Shown: one piece after another, positions 1 to 9,536 of the stretch
Numbering within the stretch: the stretch's first letter is position 1
How the letters are laid out: each line of letters begins with the position of its first letter
NCBI GenBank assembly: GCA_963709445.1
Contig: CAVPWV010000014.1
Coordinates: 3,930-67,929 of the forward strand
DNA: 64,000 nt
From: an uncultured Acidobacteriota bacterium
Lineage (GTDB): Bacteria; Acidobacteriota; Terriglobia; Acidiferrales; UBA7541
Direction: 5' to 3'
The notes under the pieces: model-generated
The model's database searches: none
What the model was told of the DNA's origin: nothing
The model's input: only the letters and a program-made list of their open reading frames with translations
Program-made: the position numbers and the translations under genes

Positions 1-742
1 CCTTCCAAGGGCAAATTCGTCCGATGAGAGCGATCACGGGGTTGGGGCCGTGGGTTTCTGCAGGTCGCTCAGGGTCAATCACCGTTGCATCGTGCACAAC
101 TCTGGACCGCCTCGCCAAGTCGATGCCGGATGGAATAGCGGTGTGTGAGCGGTTTTTCTTGAGATGAAGCGTTCTGAGCACAGCCTGCGAGTTCGCAACG
201 ATATACGAAGGCAGAAATCCAGCCAAAAACCGGAATGCGCGTACGACCGGACCTGGCAGATAGTCCGGCTCGATTCGATCACGGACGTGCCACACGACCG
301 GGCGGAACGCGAGCCGACCGGCTAAGCCCCCGATGATGTCTGCCTTCAGGGAATTCGTGTGGATGAGGTCAACATCATGCCTAACCGCATACCGGGCCAA
401 CCTGAAGCCGCACGATACAACGGCCGCGGCCTCCCGCAACTTCAGCACCGACTTCCAGCCCAACCCAGCCTTTCGCGCATTTCGAACGCGGTCGGGCAGC
501 GGGAGAACGTGGACTTCACAGATAGGACGCAAACGATCCGCAAGGGGACCCTCCGCGCACAATACGACGATGGGCGTAACCCGCTGTCGATCTAGGTAAC
601 GGATGAGGTTGAGCAATGCTATCTCACCGCCGCTGAGCATTGCTGTGTGGTCGAAATACAAGACCCGAATCGGCTTCTTCAGAGCCTGCGAGACCGGAAT
701 CGCATCGACCTTTGTGGTACGGCTTAGTGTGGCGGATTCCAT
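1..742 (-). CDS. Glycosyltransferase family 4, N-terminal domain; the gene runs off the left window edge (3' partial)
   Basis: Not in the ORF track because no stop lies inside the window. I translated the minus frame from ATG 742..740: MESATLSRTTKVDAIPVSQALKKPIRVLYFDHTAMLSGGEIALLNLIRYLD...DLIHTNSLKADIIGGLAGRLAFRPVVWHVRD...IALIGRICPWK. I checked every in-frame triplet down to position 2 and found no stop. The pattern matches a typical GT4 N-domain. Confidence 0.7.
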   Translation of the reverse strand, partial: MESATLSRTTKVDAIPVSQALKKPIRVLYFDHTAMLSGGEIALLNLIRYLDRQRVTPIVVLCAEGPLADRLRPICEVHVLPLPDRVRNARKAGLGWKSVLKLREAAAVVSCGFRLARYAVRHDVDLIHTNSLKADIIGGLAGRLAFRPVVWHVRDRIEPDYLPGPVVRAFRFLAGFLPSYIVANSQAVLRTLHLKKNRSHTAIPSGIDLARRSRVVHDATVIDPERPAETHGPNPVIALIGRICPWK

Positions 743-769
743 CGCGATTGCCTTGTGATCCAGTCTCAC

Positions 770-2011
770 TTACTGACTCGAAACGCGGCCTGCCGTCTTG
801 AATGGAAAACCGTCTGCCCAGCACCACGCCGATAACTGTTTGCCCTTCTGGTCGATCCACATACGCAACGGAGCCTCGATGAACCTCTGCGTTGCCAAAG
901 ACGCGAATATAAGAAAGGGTACGAAGGCGTAGAACTGCCATGCGGCCACGTGCACGCTTTGTAATGGCATCCGACGAACATAATTCGTGAACACCTGCCA
1001 GTAATGCCATACCGGCGATTGAAGGATGTATATGACGTAACTCGCCTGCCCTAGTTTGTTCATGACAGTTCCCCCGACGAGTTCCGTTATCCAGTTTGTA
1101 TCTCGCGTGAAAGATATAACCGTGGCGACGAGCAAGGGTGCAATGCCGCCCGTAATGAACATCTCGCTCCATCTGGGCGGCCAGATGATCGCCAACACGA
1201 TCACTGCAACTAAAGACGCGATTGAGATTAAGCTTGCCGTAAATCTGTGGACCTCGGTCCACATCGGAAGAAGTCTCGTCGCACATATTCCGGCGATGAA
1301 CATTGGCATCCACAACAGGGGATTGTTTCGTAGGTAGCCGGCCCACAGTTCTTGCGGGATCAAACGCACGGCAGCGCCACACGCAAGACCCACGGGAACA
1401 AGCCATCGGGCAAACAAAATCCAGGCCGTTTTCTTGAGGCTGAGATTTATTAGACGAAGGGCAATTAATGGAAACATGAGGTACATAAATGCTTCGACGG
1501 AAAGTGACCAGCTCGGACCGTTCCATGCCTGGGCGAACGGGGTCCATGCCTGGAGCATCAGAGAGGAAAGAGCCGCCCCCGCAACAAATGTATGCCGGCC
1601 CCACGATGCCGATAGAGGCCCGCGCAGATACTTTTCTATTGCCATCGGCATAAAGAGGACGAAAGCGAATGTATAGGCGGGGTACAATCGCAAGAATCTG
1701 GCCCAGTAAAAGGCGCGCGCTGTTTCCGGACGCTCGCGATTCCGTAAATGACGATGGGCAAGCACGAACCCGGAAAGAATGAAAAAAAACGGCACGGCAG
1801 TGGGACCCTCGCTGATGAGGTTTCGGAGTATTGCTGGACATTCGGGATATGTGTTGATACGCGGGGCAAAATGGAAGCATACGACCGCCAGCGCGGCCAA
1901 GAACCGAAGCCCATTTAGCGCCGTGAATGTTTCCCGCTTTTGGATAACCCGCCTCCTGAAGTGAAGCGTCTGGAACCGAGTTCCGTCTTGGCACAACCAA
2001 TGTCGGTACAT
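770..2011 (-). CDS. Acyltransferase family 3 membrane protein (probable polysaccharide O-acyl/acetyltransferase)
   Basis: ORF 770..2179. Multi-TM protein with RFLAALAVVCFHF, FFILSGFVLAHR and FLRLYPAY. Start trimmed to Met57 (2011) because the longer version overlaps the end of 2074..3543. Confidence 0.8.
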   Translation of the reverse strand: MYRHWLCQDGTRFQTLHFRRRVIQKRETFTALNGLRFLAALAVVCFHFAPRINTYPECPAILRNLISEGPTAVPFFFILSGFVLAHRHLRNRERPETARAFYWARFLRLYPAYTFAFVLFMPMAIEKYLRGPLSASWGRHTFVAGAALSSLMLQAWTPFAQAWNGPSWSLSVEAFMYLMFPLIALRLINLSLKKTAWILFARWLVPVGLACGAAVRLIPQELWAGYLRNNPLLWMPMFIAGICATRLLPMWTEVHRFTASLISIASLVAVIVLAIIWPPRWSEMFITGGIAPLLVATVISFTRDTNWITELVGGTVMNKLGQASYVIYILQSPVWHYWQVFTNYVRRMPLQSVHVAAWQFYAFVPFLIFASLATQRFIEAPLRMWIDQKGKQLSAWCWADGFPFKTAGRVSSQ

Positions 2012-2073
2012 CGCTGATGCCAAGCAGAAACCAGCTATCAAAAGTGATTGCCGTCTATCTTCGCGGAAATCCC

Positions 2074-3543
2074 CTAAGCTTTGCCCAGCAGTCCCATTTC
2101 GGCTCGTGCTGACCAGCACCCGGTCAATTCGTTCCTGTGGCGCTGAGACGCAGCCAGAAAGAAACCCGCAAACATCCAAAACATCGCCCCAGTCACGTTC
2201 ACGAAAACATTTCCGCCGATCACTTGTGCCAATATTGCGATGACAATCCCTTTCGACGCGATCGAGAACTGATCATTGCGGTCGACAGGATTCGCCAGCT
2301 TGAAACAGAGGGCGAGAGTTCCGGCGGCGAAGAGCAGACTGCCCAACCATCCCAGGGCAAAAAGAACAGTTAGAATGCCGCTGTCGACGGCGAATCCCTT
2401 CACGTCTGCTCGGTTCTCGAAGCCGTAGCCGAAAGGAGTTTCGACGACGTCGGCTGCCAGCGTTCGATACATGTCGACCCTATCCCTGAAGCTCTCGTCC
2501 TGCGACAAATCCGCGAATGTGTCCGCGCGACGCGAAATCGTAACGGCCACCCGCTCGCTACTAGCCAGCGGCACGACACAAACGACGAGAAGAGCTATCG
2601 ACAGGAAGATACGGGCGATCGTACGTGGGTTCGCGCTCTTCAGAATTATGAGCAGCCCTAGAAACCAACTCAGCCAAGCCGTCCGGACCGCCGACAAAAG
2701 GAGAGTGAGATAACCCGCGATGGCAGCAGGCACTTTCAGGGGAGATCGAACGACAAGCAGCAGAAGAAGCCCGACCATCATAGTGTTCGCGAACACCCCG
2801 GGTCCATTCATCGTGCTCCAGACGCGCACCAGGAAAGGCTCCGCCGTTCCGAAGCTCGTGGCGATGCCCTGAGTGTAATAAACTCTCCCGAGCCAGTAGC
2901 CGTCCCAAGCTGGCGGAGCGACAAATTGATATATCCCGTAAATGCCAAGCACCGGAACGGCCCACAAGAATGTCTTGGTGACAGCCGCCCGAAATCGCTC
3001 GTAGTCGCGCCAGTTCAAATAGAAATGAAGACCAAACAGCAAAGGACATAACCAGTCTGCGAATCCGTAGATTGTCTCCGCCGACGGGTGCTGAAGCGCA
3101 TCAATAACCACGGCGTACAGAATTGCCGTACCGCACAACACAAATGAAGCCGGTATGCGGGGCATCGAGTGCTGACGGTTTGGCCGCAGCAACGCGAGTC
3201 CACCGATTCCCGACACAAGCAGAGGCGAAAGGAGGACAAAGTTTGGATCGGCATAGCCGAAATGCCAGTCGACCAAGCGTCGAACCAACGGAGTGAGAAA
3301 CCAGAGCCACAGCGAATATTCCACGTAGCGTATCGGAGCACTAAAATAGAGAACCACGCCGACGAAAAACGCTGCAGCGGGTATCGCCACCCGGAGCAAC
3401 TGGCTGTGCCCTGAGAACCAAAGCGCGGCGATCACCACTCCACTGAGGCCACAGGCCAGCGCAATTCCAAACCAGCCGCGCGCGGATTGCCCCTGATGAA
3501 CCGCGCCGACCGCGACCGGGGAATATACAGCAGCCTCGCTCAC
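2074..3543 (-). CDS. O-antigen ligase / Wzy-like polysaccharide polymerase family membrane protein
   Basis: 489 aa with about 10-12 hydrophobic helices. Wzy_C-like block SAVRTAWLSWFLGLLIILK and a loop ESFRDRVDMYR. 4-nt overlap with the upstream GT4 gene. Confidence 0.7.
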   Translation of the reverse strand: MSEAAVYSPVAVGAVHQGQSARGWFGIALACGLSGVVIAALWFSGHSQLLRVAIPAAAFFVGVVLYFSAPIRYVEYSLWLWFLTPLVRRLVDWHFGYADPNFVLLSPLLVSGIGGLALLRPNRQHSMPRIPASFVLCGTAILYAVVIDALQHPSAETIYGFADWLCPLLFGLHFYLNWRDYERFRAAVTKTFLWAVPVLGIYGIYQFVAPPAWDGYWLGRVYYTQGIATSFGTAEPFLVRVWSTMNGPGVFANTMMVGLLLLLVVRSPLKVPAAIAGYLTLLLSAVRTAWLSWFLGLLIILKSANPRTIARIFLSIALLVVCVVPLASSERVAVTISRRADTFADLSQDESFRDRVDMYRTLAADVVETPFGYGFENRADVKGFAVDSGILTVLFALGWLGSLLFAAGTLALCFKLANPVDRNDQFSIASKGIVIAILAQVIGGNVFVNVTGAMFWMFAGFFLAASQRHRNELTGCWSARAEMGLLGKA

Positions 3544-4703
3544 GATGCGCGCTCCGCTTGCAGGACCTCAACTAAGCTGTCAGCCTCTTGAGAGTCCGGG
3601 ATATCTACGGGCGCTCCGATGCGACGAAAGAAGCAGCGGAAACGGTCCCGAAAAACTTGGATACCGAAATTTTCGGAATGGCGACGAATCACATCCGGGT
3701 ACCACTCCTGCCGCTCAAACCGCTCGATGGCGTCACCGAGGTCTTCCACGGTCTGCCGGTCGAAGAAGACTCCGGTGACATTTTCGATGATGGTCTCAAC
3801 CGCACCGCCGCCGCGATAAGCGATTGTCGGCCTACCTGCGGCTGCAACTTCCAGGGGCGCCATGCCAAAATCCTCTTCGCCGGGAAACAGGAGAGCGCGG
3901 CATCGAGAAACATGGTATTCGACGTCCTCGTCGGGTGCTCTTCCAAGGAATTTTATAGAGGGACCAGCCATTGACTCGAGCCGCGATCGGTCCGGACCGT
4001 GGCCAATGACCAGCAGCTTTTTTCCCCGTTCCGTGCAAGCTTGCACGGCCAAATCAATTCGCTTATAGGAGACGAGACGCGATAGCACCACATAGTAATC
4101 CTCGCGGTCCGCGGACATATGAAACCGATCGATATCGATGGGGGGATGGATCACTTCCGCGCAGCGCCCATATGCCTGCCGAATCCGCTCCGCTACGACC
4201 CGCGAATTTGCCACGAAATGATCCGGCTGACGGGACGCGCTCTCGTCCCAGTGTTTCAAGCCCCGAATCAACATCGGCAGCAAGGCTCGCTGAGTCACTC
4301 CGAAGGTCTCCCGGCCAGAATAGCTGTCATAACTCCACACCCAGCGCATCGGAGTGTGGCAATAGCACACGTGCACGGAGTCGCGATTTGTCCTCACGCC
4401 CTTGGCGTAAGAAGAAGAGCTGGAGATCACTAACTCGTAATCCGAGACATCTACGGAACTAATCGCCAGCGGATAGATAAGAAAATAGAACCTGTAATGC
4501 TTGTGAATCTCAGGCAAGTTCTGCATCCACGACGTGTGAACGGGCACATCGGCCAGCCGAGGGGGCATGCAATTTTGCAAAGCGACCGTTGCGAAAAGCG
4601 AAGAGCCGGGCAGCATGCAATAAAGCTGCTCGGCAACCTTTTCAGCGCCGCCTAATTGCGTGAAATAGTCGTGCACAACTGCAATTCTCATCCCGCCTCT
4701 CAT
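3540..4703 (-). CDS. Glycosyltransferase family 4
   Basis: N-terminus MRIAVVHDYFTQLGGAEKV. C-terminal GT-B block FPGEEDFGMAPLEVAAAGRPTIAYRGGGAVETI (E-x7-E). Confidence 0.85.
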   Translation of the reverse strand: MRGGMRIAVVHDYFTQLGGAEKVAEQLYCMLPGSSLFATVALQNCMPPRLADVPVHTSWMQNLPEIHKHYRFYFLIYPLAISSVDVSDYELVISSSSSYAKGVRTNRDSVHVCYCHTPMRWVWSYDSYSGRETFGVTQRALLPMLIRGLKHWDESASRQPDHFVANSRVVAERIRQAYGRCAEVIHPPIDIDRFHMSADREDYYVVLSRLVSYKRIDLAVQACTERGKKLLVIGHGPDRSRLESMAGPSIKFLGRAPDEDVEYHVSRCRALLFPGEEDFGMAPLEVAAAGRPTIAYRGGGAVETIIENVTGVFFDRQTVEDLGDAIERFERQEWYPDVIRRHSENFGIQVFRDRFRCFFRRIGAPVDIPDSQEADSLVEVLQAERAS

Positions 4704-4718
4704 GACCTACCTTGCGAA

Positions 4719-6131
4719 CTAAGCCGCTCCGGTGCGCCGTACGACGGCTCCTATCGTTCTGGCCAATATCTGGAAATCCAGGGTGAGCGACCACTCGTCG
4801 ATATAGTTGTAGTCCAACTGTATCCATCGATCGAAGCCGACCGCGCTGCGCCCACTCACTTGCCACAGTCCGGTAATCCCGGGCTTCACGGTGAATCGCC
4901 GCATTAACGCTGCTTCGCTGAAGAGTAAGACATCGCGCGTGCTCATTGGCCGGGGTCCCACCAAAGACATGTTTCCAATCAATACGTTCCACAGTTGCGG
5001 CAGTTCATCCAAGGACGAAGCTCGCAGTATTCTGCCGAGTCGTGTCACGCGCGGATCGTGACGCATCTTGAAGATTGGTCCTGTCGCCTCATTCAGCGCT
5101 TCCAACTGCGCCATTAGCTCAGGCGCGTTCTGCACCATGCTTCGGAACTTGTACATTCGGAAAAGGCGTCGCCGATAGCCGTACCGAGGCTGGACGAAGA
5201 AGACCGGTCCTTTGCTGGTTGCTTTGATCGCGGCCGCGACCAGAACAAACACGGGAGCCAAGAGGCAAAGCCCAATTGCCGCCCCAAGCACGTCGATCAC
5301 TCGCTTGATCGTTTGTCGGGTTACGTAATGCTCGTGTGTTGGCACTAATTCCGTAAACAGCTCGCGATCGCACGACGCAGTTTGCTTCAGAGTCGTGACG
5401 TACATATCCTGCATATAGACGATCTGGATCCCCACGCTTTCCGCAATCGAAACGGCACGCTGGGCGACGTCGTAGCAGGATTTCATCGGAACAGCGATCA
5501 ACAACTCATCCACTACATTGCGCAGCAGCAGTTCACTCAAGTCATCGATCCTTCCGAGATAACGATCCGCAATATCGGGAGCCATCTCCTCTACTGGACG
5601 GTCGTCAACAAACCCGAGGAGCTTGACTTTCGAATGGTATTGAGTACGGATCTGTCGCCAAGCTTTTCCTGCTCGCCGCCCGCTGCCCAGAATTACTACT
5701 AGCTGCGGATCCCGAGAAGCAATCCAACCAGTGCAAAGCACGCGGCATACCTCATAGGAAACCGAACATAGAAAAAAGATAACCGCAATTCGAGCCGTGG
5801 GACCCCTTGTGCGCGTTAGCTGCAAATATGCGATCAGAAAAAGCGTCATCACGGAACTGCCTTCTACAATTCGAATAAGCTTACGGAGGGCGCCATGGGA
5901 CCCGACGCGATACAGATCCAAAGCTGTGAAGCTATAATTCCAAGCGAGCATGAACAGACCGGCGAACATGGCGTTCAAGACAGTAACGCGAGTCTCGAGA
6001 AATCGATGCCATTCCCCGGCTGGGATGCGCGCGCTATTGCCGTACATGACCGATCCGAGGGCCATTGCAAATGCAAATAGACCCTCGAGCGTGGCCAAGC
6101 GTGCACTCGACTGTGTCGATCCGCCCTTCAC
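4719..6131 (-). CDS. Polyprenyl-phosphate glycosyl-1-phosphate transferase (Bac_transf, WbaP/WcaJ-like initiating enzyme), copy 1
   Basis: [71 protein letters not shown]-terminal TM block plus a Rossmann-like linker. Confidence 0.9.
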   Translation of the reverse strand: MKGGSTQSSARLATLEGLFAFAMALGSVMYGNSARIPAGEWHRFLETRVTVLNAMFAGLFMLAWNYSFTALDLYRVGSHGALRKLIRIVEGSSVMTLFLIAYLQLTRTRGPTARIAVIFFLCSVSYEVCRVLCTGWIASRDPQLVVILGSGRRAGKAWRQIRTQYHSKVKLLGFVDDRPVEEMAPDIADRYLGRIDDLSELLLRNVVDELLIAVPMKSCYDVAQRAVSIAESVGIQIVYMQDMYVTTLKQTASCDRELFTELVPTHEHYVTRQTIKRVIDVLGAAIGLCLLAPVFVLVAAAIKATSKGPVFFVQPRYGYRRRLFRMYKFRSMVQNAPELMAQLEALNEATGPIFKMRHDPRVTRLGRILRASSLDELPQLWNVLIGNMSLVGPRPMSTRDVLLFSEAALMRRFTVKPGITGLWQVSGRSAVGFDRWIQLDYNYIDEWSLTLDFQILARTIGAVVRRTGAA

Positions 6132-6140
6132 AATGGGCTC

Positions 6141-8825
6141 CTAATGAACATCTGCACTTGAAGTCTGTTCGAGAGAAAACGCTTCACTTCCCCGATTGCT
6201 GTTCCGTCTTGAAGCAAATCTCTGGATCGTCATCTCGTAGATTTGCTCTAACCGGTCCACCACTCGGTCCCAAGTCATGGTGCGTTCTACAAGTTCCCGG
6301 TTGTGCCGACCCATAGATGCTCGGCGCAAGGGATCTCGAAGCACCTCCAGCAGCGCATTGGAGAGTGCAGTGCTGTTCCCAGCAGGAACACGTATCCCGC
6401 CCTCCGCAGACACCATGTGTGCCGGACCGCCGGAGTCTGTGACGACAACGGCCTTGCCACAACTCATCGCCTCGACGAGGGTGCCACCGTAGGGCTCGCC
6501 AAACGAGGGAAGACAGTACACGCTGCAATTCCTGTATAGCCCAGGCGCATCCGTTCTCTTTTGCTTGCCCAAGAACTCCACTTGGTGAGCGCAGGCCAAA
6601 CCGCCGACCCGGCGCTTTGCCTCTGCCAGGTCAGAACCATCTCCCGCGATGACAAGCCGGACGCCTGGGCACTGACGCGCCACGGCGGGAAAAGCGTCGA
6701 TAAGCGTGAAAATGCCCTTCCATTTGGTAACATGCGCAAAAAACAAGACTGATTGCCCAAGGTGGCCTGCAGAGCCTTCGCTGGATTCTGCCGTACGAGC
6801 AGGAGAGAACAGTTCGGTATCAACTCCATGGGGAAGAAAATGGATTCGGTCACCAGCGTCCGTCGGATGCGGCAACCGGTCCAAGGCGGCCGGCGTCGTA
6901 AGCAACAGTGCATCAGCTTGCCGCTGCTGCAAGCTGGCAATTGTGTCTCGGAATCGCGCAACTCCTTTGCTTGTCCAGCCCTTGGTGGCGGCATCGAGAC
7001 CACGGGGCCAGCGTGCCACGTATGTTCCCAGGACGAGCGGCAAACCGGATCCCGTTAGTGAAAGGCTTATCCCTGAAAAAACCGGATTCAACTGGTGAAT
7101 CAGATCGAAACGGTGGCCATTCTCCAGCCCTCGCAGCAGCCGACGCACACGCAGCATGTACTCCACTCGTTTTGAAAGTTTTCCCGAACATACTAAGGAG
7201 ATTTCGTACACGGTTACGTTCGGGTGTAGCGGCTCACTAAGCTCCACTCTTTGCGCAGCCACGTGTAGGCGGTGCCCGCGACGCGCAAGATGGGAGATGA
7301 AACCGTAGGCGATCAACCCATCACCGTGCGGCAAGTGATCCGTCAGCAAGTCCGAACAATGAGGCACGAAGATAGTCAATGGGCGCTTCACTGTTCCATC
7401 TCCCCCACGGCCTGCCAATGGTTTTCCCCCGAAGAGGGCGACCCGCTGTAAAACGGCTTGCGCCATGTAAACCAGGTCGCCATGCTCGGGAAGGATGCGC
7501 GGTATCGGCATTCTCAGAAACAAAGGAAAACTCAAAAGCACAAAGACCAACCGCACCGTCGTCGATAAAAGCAGGGCAATTCCAGCGCCGGCAATGCCAT
7601 ATCGAGGCACCAAGATGAACATCAGAGGCACTACCAACAACAATCCTGTCACCTGAAGGGCTGTCACGATTCCAGGACGGGAAAGCGCCATGAACGCTTG
7701 GCTAAGCACAAGCGTCGCGCCCGTAAGGATCACTTCGGCGACCAAAATGCGCAGTAGCAGAGCAGCTCCCCGGTATTCGGTGCCATAGAGCAGAGACAAC
7801 GCCTGAGCACCGAAAATAGCGATGCCTAAACCAGCGCCCGCCGTGAGCATCGTGCTCATTCGCATTGCACGACTGGTCATTTTGCGAACGGCTTCCGGAG
7901 TTTGGCCAACTGCCTTCGGGAATAAAACCATCACGACAGACTGGTGAAAAACATTCAGCATCCGCGACAAGCTCAGAGCCACGACGTAAATTCCCATTTT
8001 GTCAGGCATGAGGAAACGCACAACTATCACCTGATCGACATAAAGGGCCATGGTTCCACAGAGGTCGATGCCATAAGATCGAATCCCGTAAGAAAAGAGC
8101 AATCGCGTAGAGTTTCCAAGCGACTTCAGCGAAGGCTTAACGAGATGCCAAAGGCGACGCACCATCCACACCACCGGCACGACTCCAACCGGTACGTAGA
8201 CGATTGCCGCTGTGTAAGGCGTAAGCAGATGCGCGAGGAGAAGCATAAGCAGCAATCCCAACGTCAACGCGGGCGAGCAAACTAAGAGGCCATTCACAAC
8301 CTCGAAATCGCCACGAGCGATGAAGGCTGACCGCCCCACATTCAACAACGATGTCAGCGGAATCGCCGTGACAAAAACCTGGGCATAAAGAATCACCTTC
8401 AGCGGATACTGCGGAATCCACGAGTGCATGAACGAAAATCCCAATACCATAACAATCGCGCTCGCCAGAATGGCCAACAAGAAAGCCGCGCCCAGGAGTT
8501 CCGAACTCCTCTTAGGGTTGCTTTTCATCTGGAAGGTAAGCGCGCTCGGGAATCCGAAGGTCGAGATATTGGCTAGAAATACGGGCCACAGGATCATCGC
8601 CGCTAGTTCTCCGCGGCCTGCTGGTAAAAGGGCGCGAGCGGTAATGATTCCTGTGGCCGCGTTGATGCCGATGATCACGAATTTGGCTGCAACCGACTGA
8701 GCCACGGCACCGACGGAGGTAAGCACTTTACTGCGCTTAACCTCGATCTGCATTTGACTGCCGCCGATGCTGTGGTCGCTCATGGTCATCGTGCAAGTTC
8801 CAGGCGAACCCATTTTGTTGGCCAT
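6141..8825 (-). CDS. Fusion protein: Wzx/MOP-type polysaccharide flippase (N-terminal ~480 aa) plus GT4 glycosyltransferase (C-terminal ~400 aa)
   Basis: Single 894-aa ORF. The N-half has 12-14 hydrophobic helices with a Polysacc_synt-like pattern (FVIIGINAATGIITARALLPAGRGELA, LLFSYGIRSYGIDL). The C-half is soluble GT4 (KRPLTIFVPH..., CLPSFGEPYGGTLVEAMSCGKAVVVTDSGGPAHMV). The junction is near 7390-7450. Confidence 0.8.
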   Translation of the reverse strand: MANKMGSPGTCTMTMSDHSIGGSQMQIEVKRSKVLTSVGAVAQSVAAKFVIIGINAATGIITARALLPAGRGELAAMILWPVFLANISTFGFPSALTFQMKSNPKRSSELLGAAFLLAILASAIVMVLGFSFMHSWIPQYPLKVILYAQVFVTAIPLTSLLNVGRSAFIARGDFEVVNGLLVCSPALTLGLLLMLLLAHLLTPYTAAIVYVPVGVVPVVWMVRRLWHLVKPSLKSLGNSTRLLFSYGIRSYGIDLCGTMALYVDQVIVVRFLMPDKMGIYVVALSLSRMLNVFHQSVVMVLFPKAVGQTPEAVRKMTSRAMRMSTMLTAGAGLGIAIFGAQALSLLYGTEYRGAALLLRILVAEVILTGATLVLSQAFMALSRPGIVTALQVTGLLLVVPLMFILVPRYGIAGAGIALLLSTTVRLVFVLLSFPLFLRMPIPRILPEHGDLVYMAQAVLQRVALFGGKPLAGRGGDGTVKRPLTIFVPHCSDLLTDHLPHGDGLIAYGFISHLARRGHRLHVAAQRVELSEPLHPNVTVYEISLVCSGKLSKRVEYMLRVRRLLRGLENGHRFDLIHQLNPVFSGISLSLTGSGLPLVLGTYVARWPRGLDAATKGWTSKGVARFRDTIASLQQRQADALLLTTPAALDRLPHPTDAGDRIHFLPHGVDTELFSPARTAESSEGSAGHLGQSVLFFAHVTKWKGIFTLIDAFPAVARQCPGVRLVIAGDGSDLAEAKRRVGGLACAHQVEFLGKQKRTDAPGLYRNCSVYCLPSFGEPYGGTLVEAMSCGKAVVVTDSGGPAHMVSAEGGIRVPAGNSTALSNALLEVLRDPLRRASMGRHNRELVERTMTWDRVVDRLEQIYEMTIQRFASRRNSNRGSEAFSLEQTSSADVH

Positions 8826-8836
8826 CCGTGCAATCG

Positions 8837-9517
8837 CTAGTGAATGGTTTGCAATGGATTGATATAAGCCCCGGTGTTGAATGCCTTTACGAATCTGGAG
8901 AGGTCCTGGATTTTGTTGCGAGACACATACAGCATGTCCCCCGGCTGAAGCTGCACATCACGTTCGAGATCGGATGTCTTGTGAAAATTCTTAAGATTGA
9001 GAACACGAACTTCGGCATTGTCACTGTCAATTTTCCGGAACAGGATGACTTGCGTAGGGCGCGCGGATTCTAGAAATCCCCCCGAGACCAAGATGGCTTG
9101 CATCGCTGTGAGACTGCCGTTGAAGTTAATTTGCCCGGGTTTGCCCACTTCGCCTGCCACTACGACGTACGGCGGTTGGAACTGTTCCAGGACCAAGTTC
9201 AGTTCCGGATCATTCAGCCGCTCGCCTGCTTTGCTAACAATCGTGTCGTGAGCTTGATCGAGCGAGAGATCAAGCACCCTGACATCGCCCACAAGATTCA
9301 AGTTGACGTACCCGTCAGGTGATACCGTCACGGTCTGGTTGAGTTCAGGCGTGTACCTGTACTGAACATCGAGAACGTCTCCGACGCGCAGCTTGTACCG
9401 CGGGCGATGTTGAAGGTCGTCACCGGCATGTGCCCACGTCGCGAAGCAAAGCACTAATACAAAGGGCCATCGCAACATCTTCACGTGATCTCTCCTCACT
9501 CCAAAAACCGCCGCCAC
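8837..9517 (-). CDS. Short outer-membrane polysaccharide export (OPX, Wza-family) protein: Poly_export plus one SLBB
   Basis: Signal peptide MLRWPFVLVLCFATWAHA (Met14, start 9478 likely). YKLRVGDVLDV...SPDGYVNLNLVGDVRV. SLBB-like VAGEVGKPGQINFNGSLTAMQAILVSGG. There is no hydrophobic C-terminal helix. Confidence 0.85.
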   Translation of the reverse strand: MAAVFGVRRDHVKMLRWPFVLVLCFATWAHAGDDLQHRPRYKLRVGDVLDVQYRYTPELNQTVTVSPDGYVNLNLVGDVRVLDLSLDQAHDTIVSKAGERLNDPELNLVLEQFQPPYVVVAGEVGKPGQINFNGSLTAMQAILVSGGFLESARPTQVILFRKIDSDNAEVRVLNLKNFHKTSDLERDVQLQPGDMLYVSRNKIQDLSRFVKAFNTGAYINPLQTIH

Positions 9518-9536
9518 TCATAGGATCAGATCGCCT

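Noticed and set aside
624..2000. 458-aa minus-strand ORF overlapping the acyltransferase gene
   Set aside because: It lies in a different frame of the same DNA as 770..2011. It is Arg/Ser/Cys-rich with no recognisable domain, while the alternative frame gives a clean Acyltransferase_3 membrane protein.
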